Source of the DNA: an uncultured Jannaschia sp.
Lineage (GTDB): Bacteria; Pseudomonadota; Alphaproteobacteria; Rhodobacterales; Rhodobacteraceae
Direction: 5' to 3'
Assembly (NCBI RefSeq): GCF_947494025.1
Contig: NZ_CANLTQ010000003.1
Span: forward strand, 128,069-192,068
DNA length: 64,000 nt
A program made the translations under genes and the position numbers. The notes beneath the pieces are model-generated. The model saw only the letters and a program-made list of their open reading frames with translations, was not told the origin of the DNA and did not search any database. Below, in pieces: positions 1 to 11,168 of the stretch; the first letter of the stretch is position 1; every line of letters starts with the position of its first letter.

Positions 1-1056
1 GAGGAGGCGGTCGGTTCCAGCGGCGTCGCCGACGCTCATTCGCAGGCAATGCGGCAGGCCGTAGCTTCGCGGATGCCGGACGATCACGCCGCGCGACCTG
101 AGGAACGCGTCGCATCCGGCGGCCTCCGTCTCGTCGCCGAAGCGCGCCAGCACGAAGTTCGCCTCCGACGGATCCGACGGGATGCCGAGGGCGGTCAGCC
201 CCGCGCGCAGCCGCGCCCGCTGCCGGGCGTTGTCGGCCCGGCACATCGCGACGAAGTCCCGGTCGCCCACCGCCGCCTCCGCCGCGGCGAGCGCGACGCT
301 GGAAAGGTTGAACGGCCCTCGCACGCGGTTCAGCACGTCGATCACCTCGCGCGGGCCGTAGCCCCAGCCGACGCGCATCCCGCCCAGCCCGTACATCTTG
401 GAGAAGGTCCGGGTGGCGAAGACGTTCGCCCGCGTGCCGGCGAGGTTCAGCCCGCCGTCGAAATCCTCGGCGAACTCGGCATAGGCCCCGTCGAGCACCA
501 GCAGGCAATCCCCCGGAAGCCCGTCGGCCAGCCGCACGAGATCCTGCCCGCCCAGAAGCGTGCCGGTCGGGTTGGCCGGGTTGGCGATGAAGACGAGACG
601 CGTCCGCTCCGTCGCCGCGTCCAGAAGCGCGTCCACGTCCACGCGGCGGTCCCGTTCCGGCGCGGAGACGGGCACGGCCCCGGCCGCCCGCGCGCTGATG
701 GCGTACATCAGAAAGCCATGATGCGTGTGCAGCACCTCGTCGCCCGGCCCCGCGAAGCACTGGCACAGGAGGTGGATGATCTCGTCGGAGCCCACGCCGC
801 AGACGATCCGGTCGGGGTCGAGCCCGTCATGCACCTCCGCGATCGCCGCCCGAAGGCTCGCGTGGTCGGTGTTCGGATAGCGGTTCATCTCCGCCAGTGC
901 CGCCTGTGCCGCCGCCATCGCGGCGGGGGAGGGGCCGTGCGGGTTCTCGTTCGACGAAAGCTTCACGACGTCCGCGACGCCGTCGACTTTCGAGGCGCCA
1001 CCCTGGTAGAGTTCGATCTCCATGATCCCCGGCTGGGGCGCGGGTGCGGCGCTCAT
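1..1056 (-). CDS. hisC: Histidinol-phosphate aminotransferase (3' end runs off the window)
   Basis: Not in the ORF track because its stop lies outside the window. Manual reverse translation from ATG at 1056 gives [31 protein letters not shown] and the PLP-lysine motif [18 protein letters not shown]. The frame is open to position 1. Confidence 0.9.
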   Translation of the reverse strand, partial: MSAAPAPQPGIMEIELYQGGASKVDGVADVVKLSSNENPHGPSPAAMAAAQAALAEMNRYPNTDHASLRAAIAEVHDGLDPDRIVCGVGSDEIIHLLCQCFAGPGDEVLHTHHGFLMYAISARAAGAVPVSAPERDRRVDVDALLDAATERTRLVFIANPANPTGTLLGGQDLVRLADGLPGDCLLVLDGAYAEFAEDFDGGLNLAGTRANVFATRTFSKMYGLGGMRVGWGYGPREVIDVLNRVRGPFNLSSVALAAAEAAVGDRDFVAMCRADNARQRARLRAGLTALGIPSDPSEANFVLARFGDETEAAGCDAFLRSRGVIVRHPRSYGLPHCLRMSVGDAAGTDRLL

Positions 1057-1153
1057 CTGTGATCCCCCGAATGCGTCGCGCCGTTCTATTCGGGCCGGCG
1101 GGGCCGGGGCAATGGCGCCGCCCCGTCTTTGCTTCGGAAATATCCCGGGATGC

Positions 1154-1173
1154 GCGAAGGGCCGGCCCTTCGC
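1154..1173. terminator. Perfect 20-bp palindrome just downstream of priA; probable terminator or stem-loop
   Basis: GCGAAGGGCCGGCCCTTCGC is its own reverse complement and lies 9 nt past the priA stop. There is no strong U-tract. Confidence 0.5.
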
Positions 1174-1181
1174 TCCGCCGT

Positions 1182-3380
1182 TCAAAGGAAGCTCTGCGGG
1201 TCGATATCGATGCTGAGCCGGGTCGAGCGGGGGATCTCGATGGCGCCCACCCAGGCCGCCAGCGCCGGCTGGATCGGCGCCTGCCGCGGCGCCTTCACCA
1301 GAAGCCGCACGCGGTGGCGGCCGCGAATGCGCGCGATGGGCGCGGGGGCGGGGCCGTAGACCTCGGCCCCCACGTCTTCCAGCATGGCGGCCCGGCGGGC
1401 GAGCGCGCGGCCCACGTCGAAGGCCACGTCCGCCGCCGGGTCGGAGATCACGATGCCCGCCATGCGCCCGTAGGGCGGCACGCCCGCCGCGCGGCGCTGT
1501 TCCGCCTCCTCGCGCAGGAACGCCTCCTCGTCGCCCGACAGGATCGCGCGGATCACCGGATGCTCGGGCTGCCAGGTCTGCAACAGGGCCTCGCCCGGCC
1601 GCTCCGCCCGTCCGGCCCGCCCCGAGACCTGCCGCATCAGCTGGTAGGTCCGCTCGGCGGCGCGCAGGTCGGAGCCCTGCAGCCCGAGATCCGCGTCGAT
1701 CACGCCGACCAGGGTGAGGTGCGGGAAGTTGTGCCCCTTCGCCACGAGCTGCGTGCCGACGACGATGTCGGCATGGCCCGCCGCGATCTCCTCCACCCGT
1801 GCCTTGAGCGCCCGGGCGGAGCCGAACAGGTCCGACGACAGGATCGCCACGCGCGCCTCGGGGAACAGGCCCGACACCTCCTCGGCCATGCGCTCCACGC
1901 CCGGGCCGACCGCGGCGAGCTTGCCCTCCACCCCGCAGGAGGGGCAGGCCGGCGGGACGGGCGCGGTCGCGCCGCATTGGTGGCACATGAGCTCGCGGCG
2001 GAAGCGATGCTCCACCATCCGCGCGTCGCAATGCCGGCAGGCGATCTGCTGGCCGCAGGCGCGGCACAGCGTGACCGGCGCGTAGCCGCGGCGGTTGAGG
2101 AAGACGAGCGACTGCTCGCCCGCCGCCAGACGCCCGGCGATCGCCCCCCGGAGCCGCGGCGAGATCCAGCGCCCCGAGGGCAGGTCCGCCTCGCGCATGT
2201 CGATCGTGGCGAGGCGCGGCAGCACCGCATCGCCGTAGCGCGAGGAAAGGTCGAGGCGGGCGTATTTCCCGGCCTCCGCGTTGGCCCAGCTTTCGAGCGA
2301 GGGCGTGGCGGAGGCGAGCACGACCTGCGCGCCCTCGCAGTTCGCCCGCAGGACGGACATGTCGCGGGCGGAATACAGCACGCCGTCCTCCTGTTTGTAG
2401 GAGGTGTCGTGCTCCTCGTCGACGACGACGAGGCCGAGCTCGCGGAACGGCAGGAACAGCGCGGAGCGCGCGCCGACGATCAGCCGCGCCTGCCCGTCCG
2501 CGGCCTTTTTCCACGTCCGCCGCCGCTCGGCCTGGGTGACGCCGGAATGCCATTCGGCGGGCCGCGCGCCGAACCGCGCCTCCACCCGCGTGAGGAACTC
2601 CGCGGTCAGCGCGATCTCCGGCAAGAGGACCAGCGCCTGCCGCCCGCGGGCGAGGCATTCGGCGACGGCCTCCAGATAGACCTCGGTCTTGCCCGAACCG
2701 GTGACCCCCCGTAGAAGCGTCGTGCGGTAGCCTCCCGCGGCGAGACCCGCACGCAGCGCGTCCGCCGCCGCGGCCTGATCCTCCGCCAGCGGCTTGCCGG
2801 GCCGGGACGCGTCGAGCGGCGGAAAGTCGGCGTCGCGCGGGCGGACAATCTCCCGCACCGCGCCCGAGGGCAGGAGTCCCTTCACCACACCGGTCGAGAC
2901 CCCGGCGAGGTCGGCCAGCTCCGACAGGGCGAAGACGTCGTCGGGCCGCTCGTCCAGAAGCGCCAGCACCTTCTCGCGCGCCGGCGTCATCCGGTCCGGC
3001 GCGCCGTCGCCCGCCCGGTAGACGCTGCGCCGCCCCTCCGCCCCGCCGAGGCCGGGCGCCCGCAACGCGAGCCTGAGCATCGCCGGCAGGGGGGTGAGCG
3101 TGTAGGCCGCCGCGCGTTCGACGAAGTCGCGGAACGGGCGGGCCATCGGCGGCACGTCGAGCACGCGGGCGATGCCGCGCAGCTTCTCGACCGGCCAGTC
3201 CCCCGCCGCCGGGCCCCAGACCACGCCCAGCACGAGGCGCGGCCCGAGCGGCACCTCCACGACGGCGCCGTCGGCCACGCCGCCCGCCGGCGCGCGGTAG
3301 TCGAGCGCGCGGTCCAGCGGCTGCGTCGTCTGCACGGCCACCGGCGCGCCGGGAGGATGGAGCGTCGCCATGGCCCCCAT
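1182..3380 (-). CDS. priA: Primosomal protein N' (replication restart helicase)
   Basis: Walker [17 protein letters not shown] motif II, Cys-rich CRACG..CRHC..CHQCG..CPSC zinc region, [12 protein letters not shown]. Start placed at ATG 3380 (3371 possible). Confidence 0.96.
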   Translation of the reverse strand: MGAMATLHPPGAPVAVQTTQPLDRALDYRAPAGGVADGAVVEVPLGPRLVLGVVWGPAAGDWPVEKLRGIARVLDVPPMARPFRDFVERAAAYTLTPLPAMLRLALRAPGLGGAEGRRSVYRAGDGAPDRMTPAREKVLALLDERPDDVFALSELADLAGVSTGVVKGLLPSGAVREIVRPRDADFPPLDASRPGKPLAEDQAAAADALRAGLAAGGYRTTLLRGVTGSGKTEVYLEAVAECLARGRQALVLLPEIALTAEFLTRVEARFGARPAEWHSGVTQAERRRTWKKAADGQARLIVGARSALFLPFRELGLVVVDEEHDTSYKQEDGVLYSARDMSVLRANCEGAQVVLASATPSLESWANAEAGKYARLDLSSRYGDAVLPRLATIDMREADLPSGRWISPRLRGAIAGRLAAGEQSLVFLNRRGYAPVTLCRACGQQIACRHCDARMVEHRFRRELMCHQCGATAPVPPACPSCGVEGKLAAVGPGVERMAEEVSGLFPEARVAILSSDLFGSARALKARVEEIAAGHADIVVGTQLVAKGHNFPHLTLVGVIDADLGLQGSDLRAAERTYQLMRQVSGRAGRAERPGEALLQTWQPEHPVIRAILSGDEEAFLREEAEQRRAAGVPPYGRMAGIVISDPAADVAFDVGRALARRAAMLEDVGAEVYGPAPAPIARIRGRHRVRLLVKAPRQAPIQPALAAWVGAIEIPRSTRLSIDIDPQSFL

Positions 3381-3511
3381 ATCGGCCCCCCGCGGCCCGG
3401 ATGCCAGAGCCGGCGCGGCCGGACGGGCGCGCATCGGCCCGCCGGCGGGGATGGTCCTTCCGGCGCGTTCGCGCTATCGTGCGCCGAACCCGAAGCGATC
3501 CCGAGGACGCC

Positions 3512-4165
3512 ATGAAATTCTTCGTAGACACCGCCGATATCGACGCCATCCGCGAGCTCAACGACCTCAATCTGCTCGACGGCGTGACGACCAACCCGTC
3601 GCTGATCCTGAAGTCCGGCCGCGACATCATCGAGACGACGAAGGCCATCTGCGACATCGTCGAGGGGCCCGTCTCCGCCGAGGTCGTGGCGATCGACTTC
3701 GACCAGATGCTCAAGGAGGGCAAGCACCTCGCCACGGTCGCCCCGAACGTGTGCGTCAAGGTCCCGATGACCTGGGAAGGACTGCGCGTCTGCAAGATCC
3801 TGTCCGACGAGGGCACGAAGGTGAACGTGACGCTCTGCTTCTCGGCCAACCAGGCTTTGCTCGCCGCGAAGGCGGGGGCGAGCTTCGTGTCGCCCTTCAT
3901 CGGCCGGATCGACGACATGAACATCGACGGAATGGAGCTGATCCAGGACATCCGCACCATCTTCGACAATTACGACCTCGAGACCGAGATCCTCGCCGCC
4001 TCCATCCGCACGGTGAACCACATGAAGGAGGCCGCCCTGATCGGCGCCGACGTGGCCACCGCGCCGCCGAAGGTCATCTACGACATGATCAAGCATCCGC
4101 TCACGAAGAACGGGCTCGACCAGTTCGTGAAGGACGCGCAGGAAGCGGGCATCAAGATCGTCTGA
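3512..4165 (+). CDS. tal: Transaldolase / fructose-6-phosphate aldolase (small TalC/Fsa type)
   Basis: MKFFVDTAD start, GVTTNPSLI, catalytic-Lys [13 protein letters not shown]; GAGGA ribosome-binding site upstream. Confidence 0.93.
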   Translation: MKFFVDTADIDAIRELNDLNLLDGVTTNPSLILKSGRDIIETTKAICDIVEGPVSAEVVAIDFDQMLKEGKHLATVAPNVCVKVPMTWEGLRVCKILSDEGTKVNVTLCFSANQALLAAKAGASFVSPFIGRIDDMNIDGMELIQDIRTIFDNYDLETEILAASIRTVNHMKEAALIGADVATAPPKVIYDMIKHPLTKNGLDQFVKDAQEAGIKIV

Positions 4166-4170
4166 CCTTC

Positions 4171-4197
4171 GGCAGGGCGCCGGTTCGGCGCCCTGCC
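4171..4197 (+). terminator. Hairpin after transaldolase
   Basis: GGCAGGGCGCCG-GTT-CGGCGCCCTGCC, a 12-bp perfect stem 5 nt after the stop codon. Confidence 0.6.
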
Positions 4198-4342
4198 ACA
4201 GGAGCGCCACAAACCGTCGCGGATCGACGCCGGTGCCACACCGCTCCGGCGAAAGCGCGCCGCCCGCCGCGTTTTCCCGGCGGCCCCCCAACAGGCCCGT
4301 GCTAGCGTCCGGACGATCGGCAGCAGACCGGAGCAGAGGCAG

Positions 4343-5074
4343 ATGGCAGACAACACCGTGCTGGCGCGCGACGCGGAGAACGGCCCGCAGGCGCGGGATC
4401 GGGACTGGCGCGACAGCGTCCTTGCCGACCCCGACCTCGTGCTCGAGGATCGCGACGTGATGCGCGCGCTGATCGCCGCGAACGCGCAGCGGATGGGCGG
4501 GAACGTCGTCGACCTGCGCGGCATCGCCATGCAGCGGCTCGAGACGCGGCTCGACCGGCTGGAGGACACGCATCGCAGCGTGATCGCGGCCGCCTACGAG
4601 AACCTCGCCGGCACGAACCAGATCCATCGCTGCGTTCTGGCGTTGCTGGAGGCGGACACGCTGCCGGAGCTTCTCGACAACCTGACCGACCAGATCGCCG
4701 CCATCGTTCGCGTGGACAGCGTCCGCCTCGCGCTTGAAAGCGCGCCGCCCGGCGCGGCCTCGCACCCGGCCATCGCCCCGGTCGCCACCGGCTTCGTGGA
4801 CGGCTACGTGACGCGCGGCCGCGAGGGTCCGGCGCCGCAGGTCACGCTGCGCCGTTGCGCGCCGGCCGCGCCCGAGATCTTCGGACCCGACGCCCGGCGC
4901 ACCCGGTCGGAGGCGCTGCTCCGGCTCGACCTCGGGGCCGGTCGCGGTCCGGGCCTGCTGATCTTCGGAGCGGAGGACGCGGCGCAGTTCGGGCCGGGGC
5001 AGGGGACGGAACTGCTCGGCTTCTTCGCCGCCGCCTTCGAGCGTATCCTCGTGCGCCATCTGGCGCAGGCATGA
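4343..5074 (+). CDS. DUF484 (YigA-like) family protein
   Basis: ILADPD-like N-terminus, VVDLRG..RLE..L coiled-coil segment, ENLAGT..IH motif. Its stop overlaps the xerC start (ATGA), the usual DUF484-xerC arrangement. Confidence 0.85.
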   Translation: MADNTVLARDAENGPQARDRDWRDSVLADPDLVLEDRDVMRALIAANAQRMGGNVVDLRGIAMQRLETRLDRLEDTHRSVIAAAYENLAGTNQIHRCVLALLEADTLPELLDNLTDQIAAIVRVDSVRLALESAPPGAASHPAIAPVATGFVDGYVTRGREGPAPQVTLRRCAPAAPEIFGPDARRTRSEALLRLDLGAGRGPGLLIFGAEDAAQFGPGQGTELLGFFAAAFERILVRHLAQA

Positions 5075-6012
5075 CCGCCTCCCGCGCGGCGTTCGAGATC
5101 AGTCCCGGCGCCCGGGACGCGATCGCCGCGTGGCTGACGCATATGCGGGCGCTCGACGGCGCGGCGGCGAATACGCTCACGGCCTACGGCACCGACGTGA
5201 CGACCTTTCTTGCGTTTCAGGCGGCGCATCGCGGCGGGCCGATGGGCCTTGCGGAGATCGGGCGGCTGAGCGCCGCCGACATGCGCGCCTGGATGGCGGC
5301 GGAGCGGCTGCGCGGCGCGGGGGGACGCTCGGTCGCGCGGCGGCTTTCGGCGGTCAAGACCTTCGTGCGCTGGCTCTGCGAGCGCGAGGGGTTCGACCCG
5401 ACCGCGATTCTTGCCACGCGCGCGCCGAAGTTCCGCAAGCCGCTGCCGCGCCCCCTGCCGCAGGCGGCGGCGAAGGACCTGATCGAGACGGTGGGCCTGC
5501 AGAACGAGACGCCGTGGATCGCGGCGCGCGACGTGGCGGTGGTGACGGTTCTCTATGGCTGCGGGCTGCGCATTTCCGAAGGGCTGGGCCTGACCGGCGC
5601 CGACGCGCCCCTGCCCGACATGCTCCGCATCCGCGGCAAGGGCAACAAGGAGCGGCTCGTGCCCGTTCTGCCCGTCGCGCGCGCGACCGTGGATCGCTAC
5701 ACGGCGCTTTGTCCGTTCGACCTGTCGTCCGACGCGCCCCTGTTCCGGGCCGTGCGCGGCGGGTCGCTCAATCCGCGCAGCGTCGCCGCCGTGATGGCGC
5801 GGGCGCGGATGCAGCTCGGCCTGCCCTCCTCGGCCACGCCGCACGCGCTCCGGCACAGCTTCGCCACGCATCTGCTGGAGGCGGGCGGCGACCTGCGGGC
5901 GATCCAGGAACTGCTCGGCCATGCCTCCCTTTCGACGACCCAGACCTACACGGCGGTGGACGCGGTGCACCTGATGGATGTCTACACCAAGGCCCATCCG
6001 CACGGACGCTGA
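5071..6012 (+). CDS. xerC: Tyrosine recombinase XerC
   Basis: Catalytic motifs LYGCGLRISE, GKGNKER, HALRHSFATHLL, LLGHASLSTTQTY are all intact; located next to DUF484. Confidence 0.9.
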   Translation: MTASRAAFEISPGARDAIAAWLTHMRALDGAAANTLTAYGTDVTTFLAFQAAHRGGPMGLAEIGRLSAADMRAWMAAERLRGAGGRSVARRLSAVKTFVRWLCEREGFDPTAILATRAPKFRKPLPRPLPQAAAKDLIETVGLQNETPWIAARDVAVVTVLYGCGLRISEGLGLTGADAPLPDMLRIRGKGNKERLVPVLPVARATVDRYTALCPFDLSSDAPLFRAVRGGSLNPRSVAAVMARARMQLGLPSSATPHALRHSFATHLLEAGGDLRAIQELLGHASLSTTQTYTAVDAVHLMDVYTKAHPHGR

Positions 6013-6067
6013 TTCCGGGGCGACTGGACGGCTTGCGCCGCTGGTCGGCGCGGGGCAGGCTGCTGGC

Positions 6068-6445
6068 ATGAAAACAGCCGAGCAACTGGTCGCCGAAGCG
6101 CGCGCCCGGATCGAAGAATGGGACGTCGCGCGGCTCCGCGCGACGCCGGAGGCGGTGATCGTCGACATCCGCGACGTGCGCGAACGGGCCAAGGGCCACA
6201 TCCCCGGCTCGATCCACGCGCCGCGCGGCATGCTGGAGTTCTGGTGGGATCCCGAAAGCCCCTACCATCGCGAGGTCTTCGCGGGAGACGGGCCTTACGT
6301 CCTGCATTGCGCGATGGGCTGGCGGTCGGCTCTGGCGGCGGCGGCGCTCAAGGAAATGGGGTTCGAGGTCGCGCATCTCGACGGCGGCATGGAGGCTTGG
6401 GTCGAGGCCGGCGGTCCCGTCGAGCTGCCCGAACCGAAGGGCTGA
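6068..6445 (+). CDS. Rhodanese-like domain protein
   Basis: IVDIRDVRE..GHIPGSIHAPRGMLEF and active-site loop HCAMGWRSA. Confidence 0.85.
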   Translation: MKTAEQLVAEARARIEEWDVARLRATPEAVIVDIRDVRERAKGHIPGSIHAPRGMLEFWWDPESPYHREVFAGDGPYVLHCAMGWRSALAAAALKEMGFEVAHLDGGMEAWVEAGGPVELPEPKG

Positions 6446-6556
6446 GGCTCCGGGCCCGGCCGCGCCCCGGGGGGCGGGACGTGCCCTGTCCGTATCACGG
6501 GGCGATCACACCGTCTGCGTCACGCCTCGTTTGCGGCGTCGCCGGGCTGCGACGGC

Positions 6557-7417
6557 TTAGGCCTCCACCCGGCCGGGGATCGTGTCGCGGCGGGTACGGG
6601 GCAGGGGCCAGTCGTCCATGTAGCCCATCGCCTGCTCCGCCGTTTCCACGAAGCGGAAGAGTTCGAGGTCGTCGGCGCCGATCGTGCCCGCCGCCTCCAG
6701 CGCCTCCCAGTTCACGATGCTGCGCCAGAACGCCTCGCCGAACAGCAGGAACGGCACGCGCCGCATCCGGCCCGTCTGGATCAGGGTCAGCGCCTCGAAC
6801 AGCTCGTCCAGCGTGCCGAACCCGCCGGGGAACACGCAGATCGCGGCCGCCCGCATCAGGAAATGCATCTTGCGGATGGCGAAGTAGTGGAAGTTGAAGC
6901 TGAGTTCCGGGGTGACGTATTCGTTCGGCGCCTGCTCGTGCGGAAGCACGATGTTGAGCCCGATCGAGCGCCCGCCCGCGTCGATCGCGCCCCGGTTGCC
7001 GGCTTCCATCACGCCGGGGCCGCCGCCGGTGACGATGACGTTCTCGCGCCCGCCCGTCTCCGCGAGCGACCGCTCCGTGACCATGCGCGCGAAGCGGCGC
7101 GCCTCCTCGTATTGGCCGGCCAGGTCACGCAGCGTGTCCGTGCGGGCTCCGGCCGCGTTTTCGGGCCGGGGGACGCGGGCGCCGCCGAACAACACGATCG
7201 TCGAGTCCACCTCCGCCGCGTCCATGAGATGCGTCGCCTTCATCAGCTCGAGCTGGAGGCGGACCGGGCGCAGCTCGTCGCGGCAAAGGAACTCGTCGTC
7301 GGTGAACGCCAGCCGGTAGGCAGGGGACCGGGTCTGCGGCGTGTCGGGAACGGTGCGCGCGGTCTGCCAATCCTCGCCGGCCTGGCGCAGGGGGTGGTTG
7401 CGGCTTTCTTCGGTCAT
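6557..7417 (-). CDS. LOG-family (TIGR00730 Rossmann-fold) nucleotide phosphoribohydrolase-like protein
   Basis: TGGGPGVMEAGNRGA, FHYFAIRKMHF and PGGFGTLDELFE LOG motifs. Start moved to ATG 7417 (MTEESRNHP). Confidence 0.88.
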   Translation of the reverse strand: MTEESRNHPLRQAGEDWQTARTVPDTPQTRSPAYRLAFTDDEFLCRDELRPVRLQLELMKATHLMDAAEVDSTIVLFGGARVPRPENAAGARTDTLRDLAGQYEEARRFARMVTERSLAETGGRENVIVTGGGPGVMEAGNRGAIDAGGRSIGLNIVLPHEQAPNEYVTPELSFNFHYFAIRKMHFLMRAAAICVFPGGFGTLDELFEALTLIQTGRMRRVPFLLFGEAFWRSIVNWEALEAAGTIGADDLELFRFVETAEQAMGYMDDWPLPRTRRDTIPGRVEA

Positions 7418-7478
7418 CGGCTCGTCCTTGCGTCCACGTCTCGCCGCCGCTCTAACAGCCCCGAAGGGGAGGTGCGAC

Positions 7479-8399
7479 ATGGAACGATCGGTGGATTGGC
7501 GGACGGAGATCGGCGCGGCGCGGGACCGCATCGCGGGGCATGCCCGCGTGACGCCGGTCGCGCGGCTCGCGCTCGGCGGGTTCGACGTCGAGGTGAAGCT
7601 CGAGCAGATGCAGCATACCGGCAGCTTCAAGGCGCGCGGCGCGTTCAACACGCTGCTGTCGTCGGAGGTGCCCGAGGCGGGGATCGTCGCGGCCTCCGGC
7701 GGCAATCACGGGGCGGCGGTGGCCTATGCGGCCTCAAAGCTCGGTCATCCGGCGCATGTCTTCGTCCCCGAGGTGGCGGGCCCTTCGAAGATCGGGCTGA
7801 TCGAGCGGGCCGGGGCGATCTGCCACGTCGTGCCGGGCCTTTATGCCGACGCGCTGGACGCGGCGCGGGCGCACGAGGCCGCGACCGGCGCGATGCAGGT
7901 CCATGCCTACGACGCCGTGCCGACCGTGGCGGGGCAGGGGACCTGCTTCGCGGAATGGGAGGCGCAGGGCCTCGCGGCGGACACGGTGCTGGTGGCGGTC
8001 GGCGGGGGCGGGCTGATCGGCGGCGCGCTGGCCTGGTTCGGGGGCGCGCGGAAGGTCGTGGCGGTGGAGCCCGAACAGGCGCCCGCCCTTCATGCGGCGC
8101 TGGCCGCGGGGGCGCCCGTCGACGTCGAGGTGTCGGGTGTGGGGGCCAACGCGCTCGGCGCCCGGCGGATCGGGGAGATCTGCTTCGGGCTGGCGCGGGG
8201 CATGACCAGCGTGACCGTCCCGGACGCCGCTATCCTCGAAGCGCAGGCCGTGCTCTGGCGCGAGGCGCGGCAATGGGTGGAGCCGGCCGGATCCTGCGCG
8301 CTGGCCGCGCTGCTTTCGGGCGCCTACGTTCCGGCGGAAGGCGAGCGGGTCGCGGTGCTCGTCTGTGGCGCGAACCCGGCGCCGGACCCGCTGAGCTGA
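7479..8399 (+). CDS. Threonine/serine dehydratase family PLP enzyme
   Basis: KLEQMQHTGSFKARGA PLP-lysine motif, ASGGNHG, VGGGGLIGG, EPAGSCALAAL. Confidence 0.88.
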   Translation: MERSVDWRTEIGAARDRIAGHARVTPVARLALGGFDVEVKLEQMQHTGSFKARGAFNTLLSSEVPEAGIVAASGGNHGAAVAYAASKLGHPAHVFVPEVAGPSKIGLIERAGAICHVVPGLYADALDAARAHEAATGAMQVHAYDAVPTVAGQGTCFAEWEAQGLAADTVLVAVGGGGLIGGALAWFGGARKVVAVEPEQAPALHAALAAGAPVDVEVSGVGANALGARRIGEICFGLARGMTSVTVPDAAILEAQAVLWREARQWVEPAGSCALAALLSGAYVPAEGERVAVLVCGANPAPDPLS

Positions 8400-8466
8400 G
8401 ACGCGTGCCTCGCGGCCGGGCGGGGCTATGTTCGGACGCGACCCCCCTAGCGAACGGAGACCCGTC

Positions 8467-8979
8467 ATGGCCACGAGCGAGATCGTCGACACCGCCTTCG
8501 GCACGCCCTGCCCCGATTTCGTCCTGCCCGACGCGGCCGGGCGAACCTGGACGCGGGCGGATTTGGCGGGACCGGGCGGGCTGGTGATCGCGGTGATCTG
8601 CAACCATTGCCCGCATGTGCGCCGGCAGATGGCCGGGCTCGCCGAGGATTTCGCCGCGCTCGCGGAGGAGGGGATCGGGGGCTGCTGCATCATGCCAAAC
8701 GACTGGTCCGTTTACCCTTCGGACGCGCCCGAACACATGGACGCCTTCGCCGCCGAACACGGTCTGACCGTGCCCTATCTCGTCGACGAGACGCAGGCGG
8801 TGGCCCGAGCGCTCGGCGCGGTCTGCACGCCGGATCTGTTCGGCTACGGGCCGGACCTCGCGCTGCGCTACCGCGGGCGGCAGGCGGAGCTGCGTGCAGC
8901 GATGCGGGCGGTGGCCGCCGGGCAGGACGTGCCGGACCAGGTCGCCGGCATGGGCTGCTCCATCAAGTGGCGGGCCTGA
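8467..8979 (+). CDS. Thioredoxin-fold / AhpC-TSA (PRX-like) protein
   Basis: ICNHCPHV CxxC motif, YLVDETQAVARALGAVCTPDLF, C-terminal GCSIKW. Confidence 0.85.
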   Translation: MATSEIVDTAFGTPCPDFVLPDAAGRTWTRADLAGPGGLVIAVICNHCPHVRRQMAGLAEDFAALAEEGIGGCCIMPNDWSVYPSDAPEHMDAFAAEHGLTVPYLVDETQAVARALGAVCTPDLFGYGPDLALRYRGRQAELRAAMRAVAAGQDVPDQVAGMGCSIKWRA

Positions 8980-8983
8980 CGCC

Positions 8984-9430
8984 CTAGAACCGCGACAGGA
9001 TCAGCCCGCCCGCGACCATGAGGCAGGCCAGCACCCGCGTCGGCGTCACCGCGTGGACCGGCAGGCCGAACGCCCCCGTCGCGTCGAGCACGAGGCCCGA
9101 GGCGAGCTGGCCCAGGATCAGGGCCGCGAGCGCGGTGAGGATGCCCACGGTCGGCACCGACCAGAGCATCGCCCAGACCACGAGCGCCCCGAACAGCCCG
9201 CCGATCCAGTAGACCGGATCGACGTTGCCCGCCCGCAGCAGCGCGCCGCCCTGCCCGAAGGCGAAGGTCATCGCGAGGAGCGCCGTGAAGCCCACGCCGA
9301 AGGAGATGGCGGCCGCCGCGACGCCGCCGCCGATGAGCCGGCCGAGCGCCGCGTTGAGCGGCGCCTGCACGCCGAAGCCGAGCCCGGCGGCGAAGACGAC
9401 GAGGACGGGGATCAGGAACGGGGTGGGCAT
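8984..9430 (-). CDS. DMT family transporter (YdcZ-like)
   Basis: Hydrophobic 148 aa with VQAPLNAALG, WIGGLFGA and LILGQLASGLVLDATGAFG patterns. Confidence 0.82.
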   Translation of the reverse strand: MPTPFLIPVLVVFAAGLGFGVQAPLNAALGRLIGGGVAAAAISFGVGFTALLAMTFAFGQGGALLRAGNVDPVYWIGGLFGALVVWAMLWSVPTVGILTALAALILGQLASGLVLDATGAFGLPVHAVTPTRVLACLMVAGGLILSRF

Positions 9431-9523
9431 CGGTGGGCTCCGGCGGGACGGGGGCGGGATTGCCCCGTCGCGGGCTGGCCGATATGAGCGCCGCAATCAA
9501 GCCCGCACGCCCGGAGGCTCGCC

Positions 9524-10372
<849 letters not shown>

Positions 10373-10388
10373 GATCCGGCCTCCGCCG

Positions 10389-10670
10389 TCACGGCCGGTC
10401 GGGACCGGGCGGCGTGTAGGGCAAACCCTCGCGCGCGATCCGCTCCGCCTCGAGCGCGTCCATGAGTTCGAGGGCCCGCCGCTTGCGTCCGAGGCCGCGC
10501 CACAGCGCCCGGCGCCAGGCGCGCGCGGCCGAGCGCGGCGCCCATTGCAGCTTGGCCGTGGCGAGCCACGCGCGCAATTCGGCGGGCAGGTGATCGTACT
10601 CGTTCATCAGCCGGCGCCGCGCCTGCGACGCGCGCAGCTCGGCCGACGGATCGGGGCGTTCCCGCGTCAT
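10389..10670 (-). CDS. Small basic hypothetical protein (DUF6525-like)
   Basis: YDHLPAELRAWLATAKLQWAPRSAARAW pattern recalled from Rhodobacterales DUF6525 proteins; GGAGG ribosome-binding site before ATG 10670. Confidence 0.65.
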   Translation of the reverse strand: MTRERPDPSAELRASQARRRLMNEYDHLPAELRAWLATAKLQWAPRSAARAWRRALWRGLGRKRRALELMDALEAERIAREGLPYTPPGPDRP

Positions 10671-10688
10671 ATGTCCCTCCGCGGCGAA

Positions 10689-10716
10689 AGGATGGCCCAT
10701 CCGCCCGCCCTGTCAA
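10689..10716 (-). promoter_or_regulatory. Candidate sigma70 promoter for the DUF6525-like gene
   Basis: Minus strand reads TTGACA-N16-CATCCT, ending about 19 nt upstream of the ATG. Confidence 0.4.
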
Positions 10717-10732
10717 ACCCGCGCGTGTGCGG

Positions 10733-10758
10733 GGAACCGCCGGGCCGGGTGCGACGTT
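10733..10758 (+). promoter_or_regulatory. Sigma-EcfG (general stress response) promoter
   Basis: GGAAC-N17-CGTT, an exact match to the alphaproteobacterial EcfG consensus, 38 nt upstream of the GlsB/YeaQ gene. Confidence 0.7.
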
Positions 10759-10796
10759 CCGTCACTGGAGCACAACCTGAGCGAAGGAACGACAAT

Positions 10797-11057
10797 ATGG
10801 CTGGTATCGGCTGGATCATGAGCATCATTCTGGGCGGCTTGGCCGGCTGGATCGCGGAGAAGATCATGCATTCGGACATGGGACTTCTCATGAACATCGT
10901 CCTGGGCATCGTCGGCGCCCTTGTCGCGAACTTCCTGCTGGCGCTCGTCCTCGGCGACACGGTGGGCGAGGGAAGCTGGCTGATCCAGCTGATCGTGGCC
11001 GTGATCGGCGCGTGCCTGCTGATCTGGGTCGTCCGGATGGTGCGCGGACGATCCTGA
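10797..11057 (+). CDS. GlsB/YeaQ/YmgE family stress-response membrane protein
   Basis: IILGGLAGWIAEKIM..GLLMNIVLGIVGA..LIVAVIGACLLIW; 86 aa with three transmembrane segments. Confidence 0.9.
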   Translation: MAGIGWIMSIILGGLAGWIAEKIMHSDMGLLMNIVLGIVGALVANFLLALVLGDTVGEGSWLIQLIVAVIGACLLIWVVRMVRGRS

Positions 11058-11078
11058 CGGAATCGCGAACCGGACACG

Positions 11079-11106
11079 AAGGGCGTCGCATCGCGGCGCC
11101 CTTTTT
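11079..11106 (+). terminator. Rho-independent terminator
   Basis: AAGGGCGTCGC-ATC-GCGGCGCCCTT stem continuing into a T-run (TTTTT), just after the GlsB/YeaQ stop. Confidence 0.75.
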
Positions 11107-11168
11107 CGTGGGCGGCCCCGCCGCCGCACTCGGTTGACACGGGCCGAACGGAAACGGAGACGGAGGCC

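Noticed and set aside
49-1062. 337-aa plus-strand ORF at the window start
   Set aside because: It is the antisense shadow of hisC, which the track missed because its stop lies outside the window.
3486-3500. LexA-like box GAAC-N7-GATC between priA and tal
   Set aside because: One mismatch in an 8-nt motif is expected by chance. It would need conservation or binding data.
5071-6012. Tyrosine recombinase as integrase of a mobile element
   Set aside because: DUF484-xerC context is chromosomal. There is no adjacent tRNA, att repeat or cargo, and I could not identify a dif-like site in the window.
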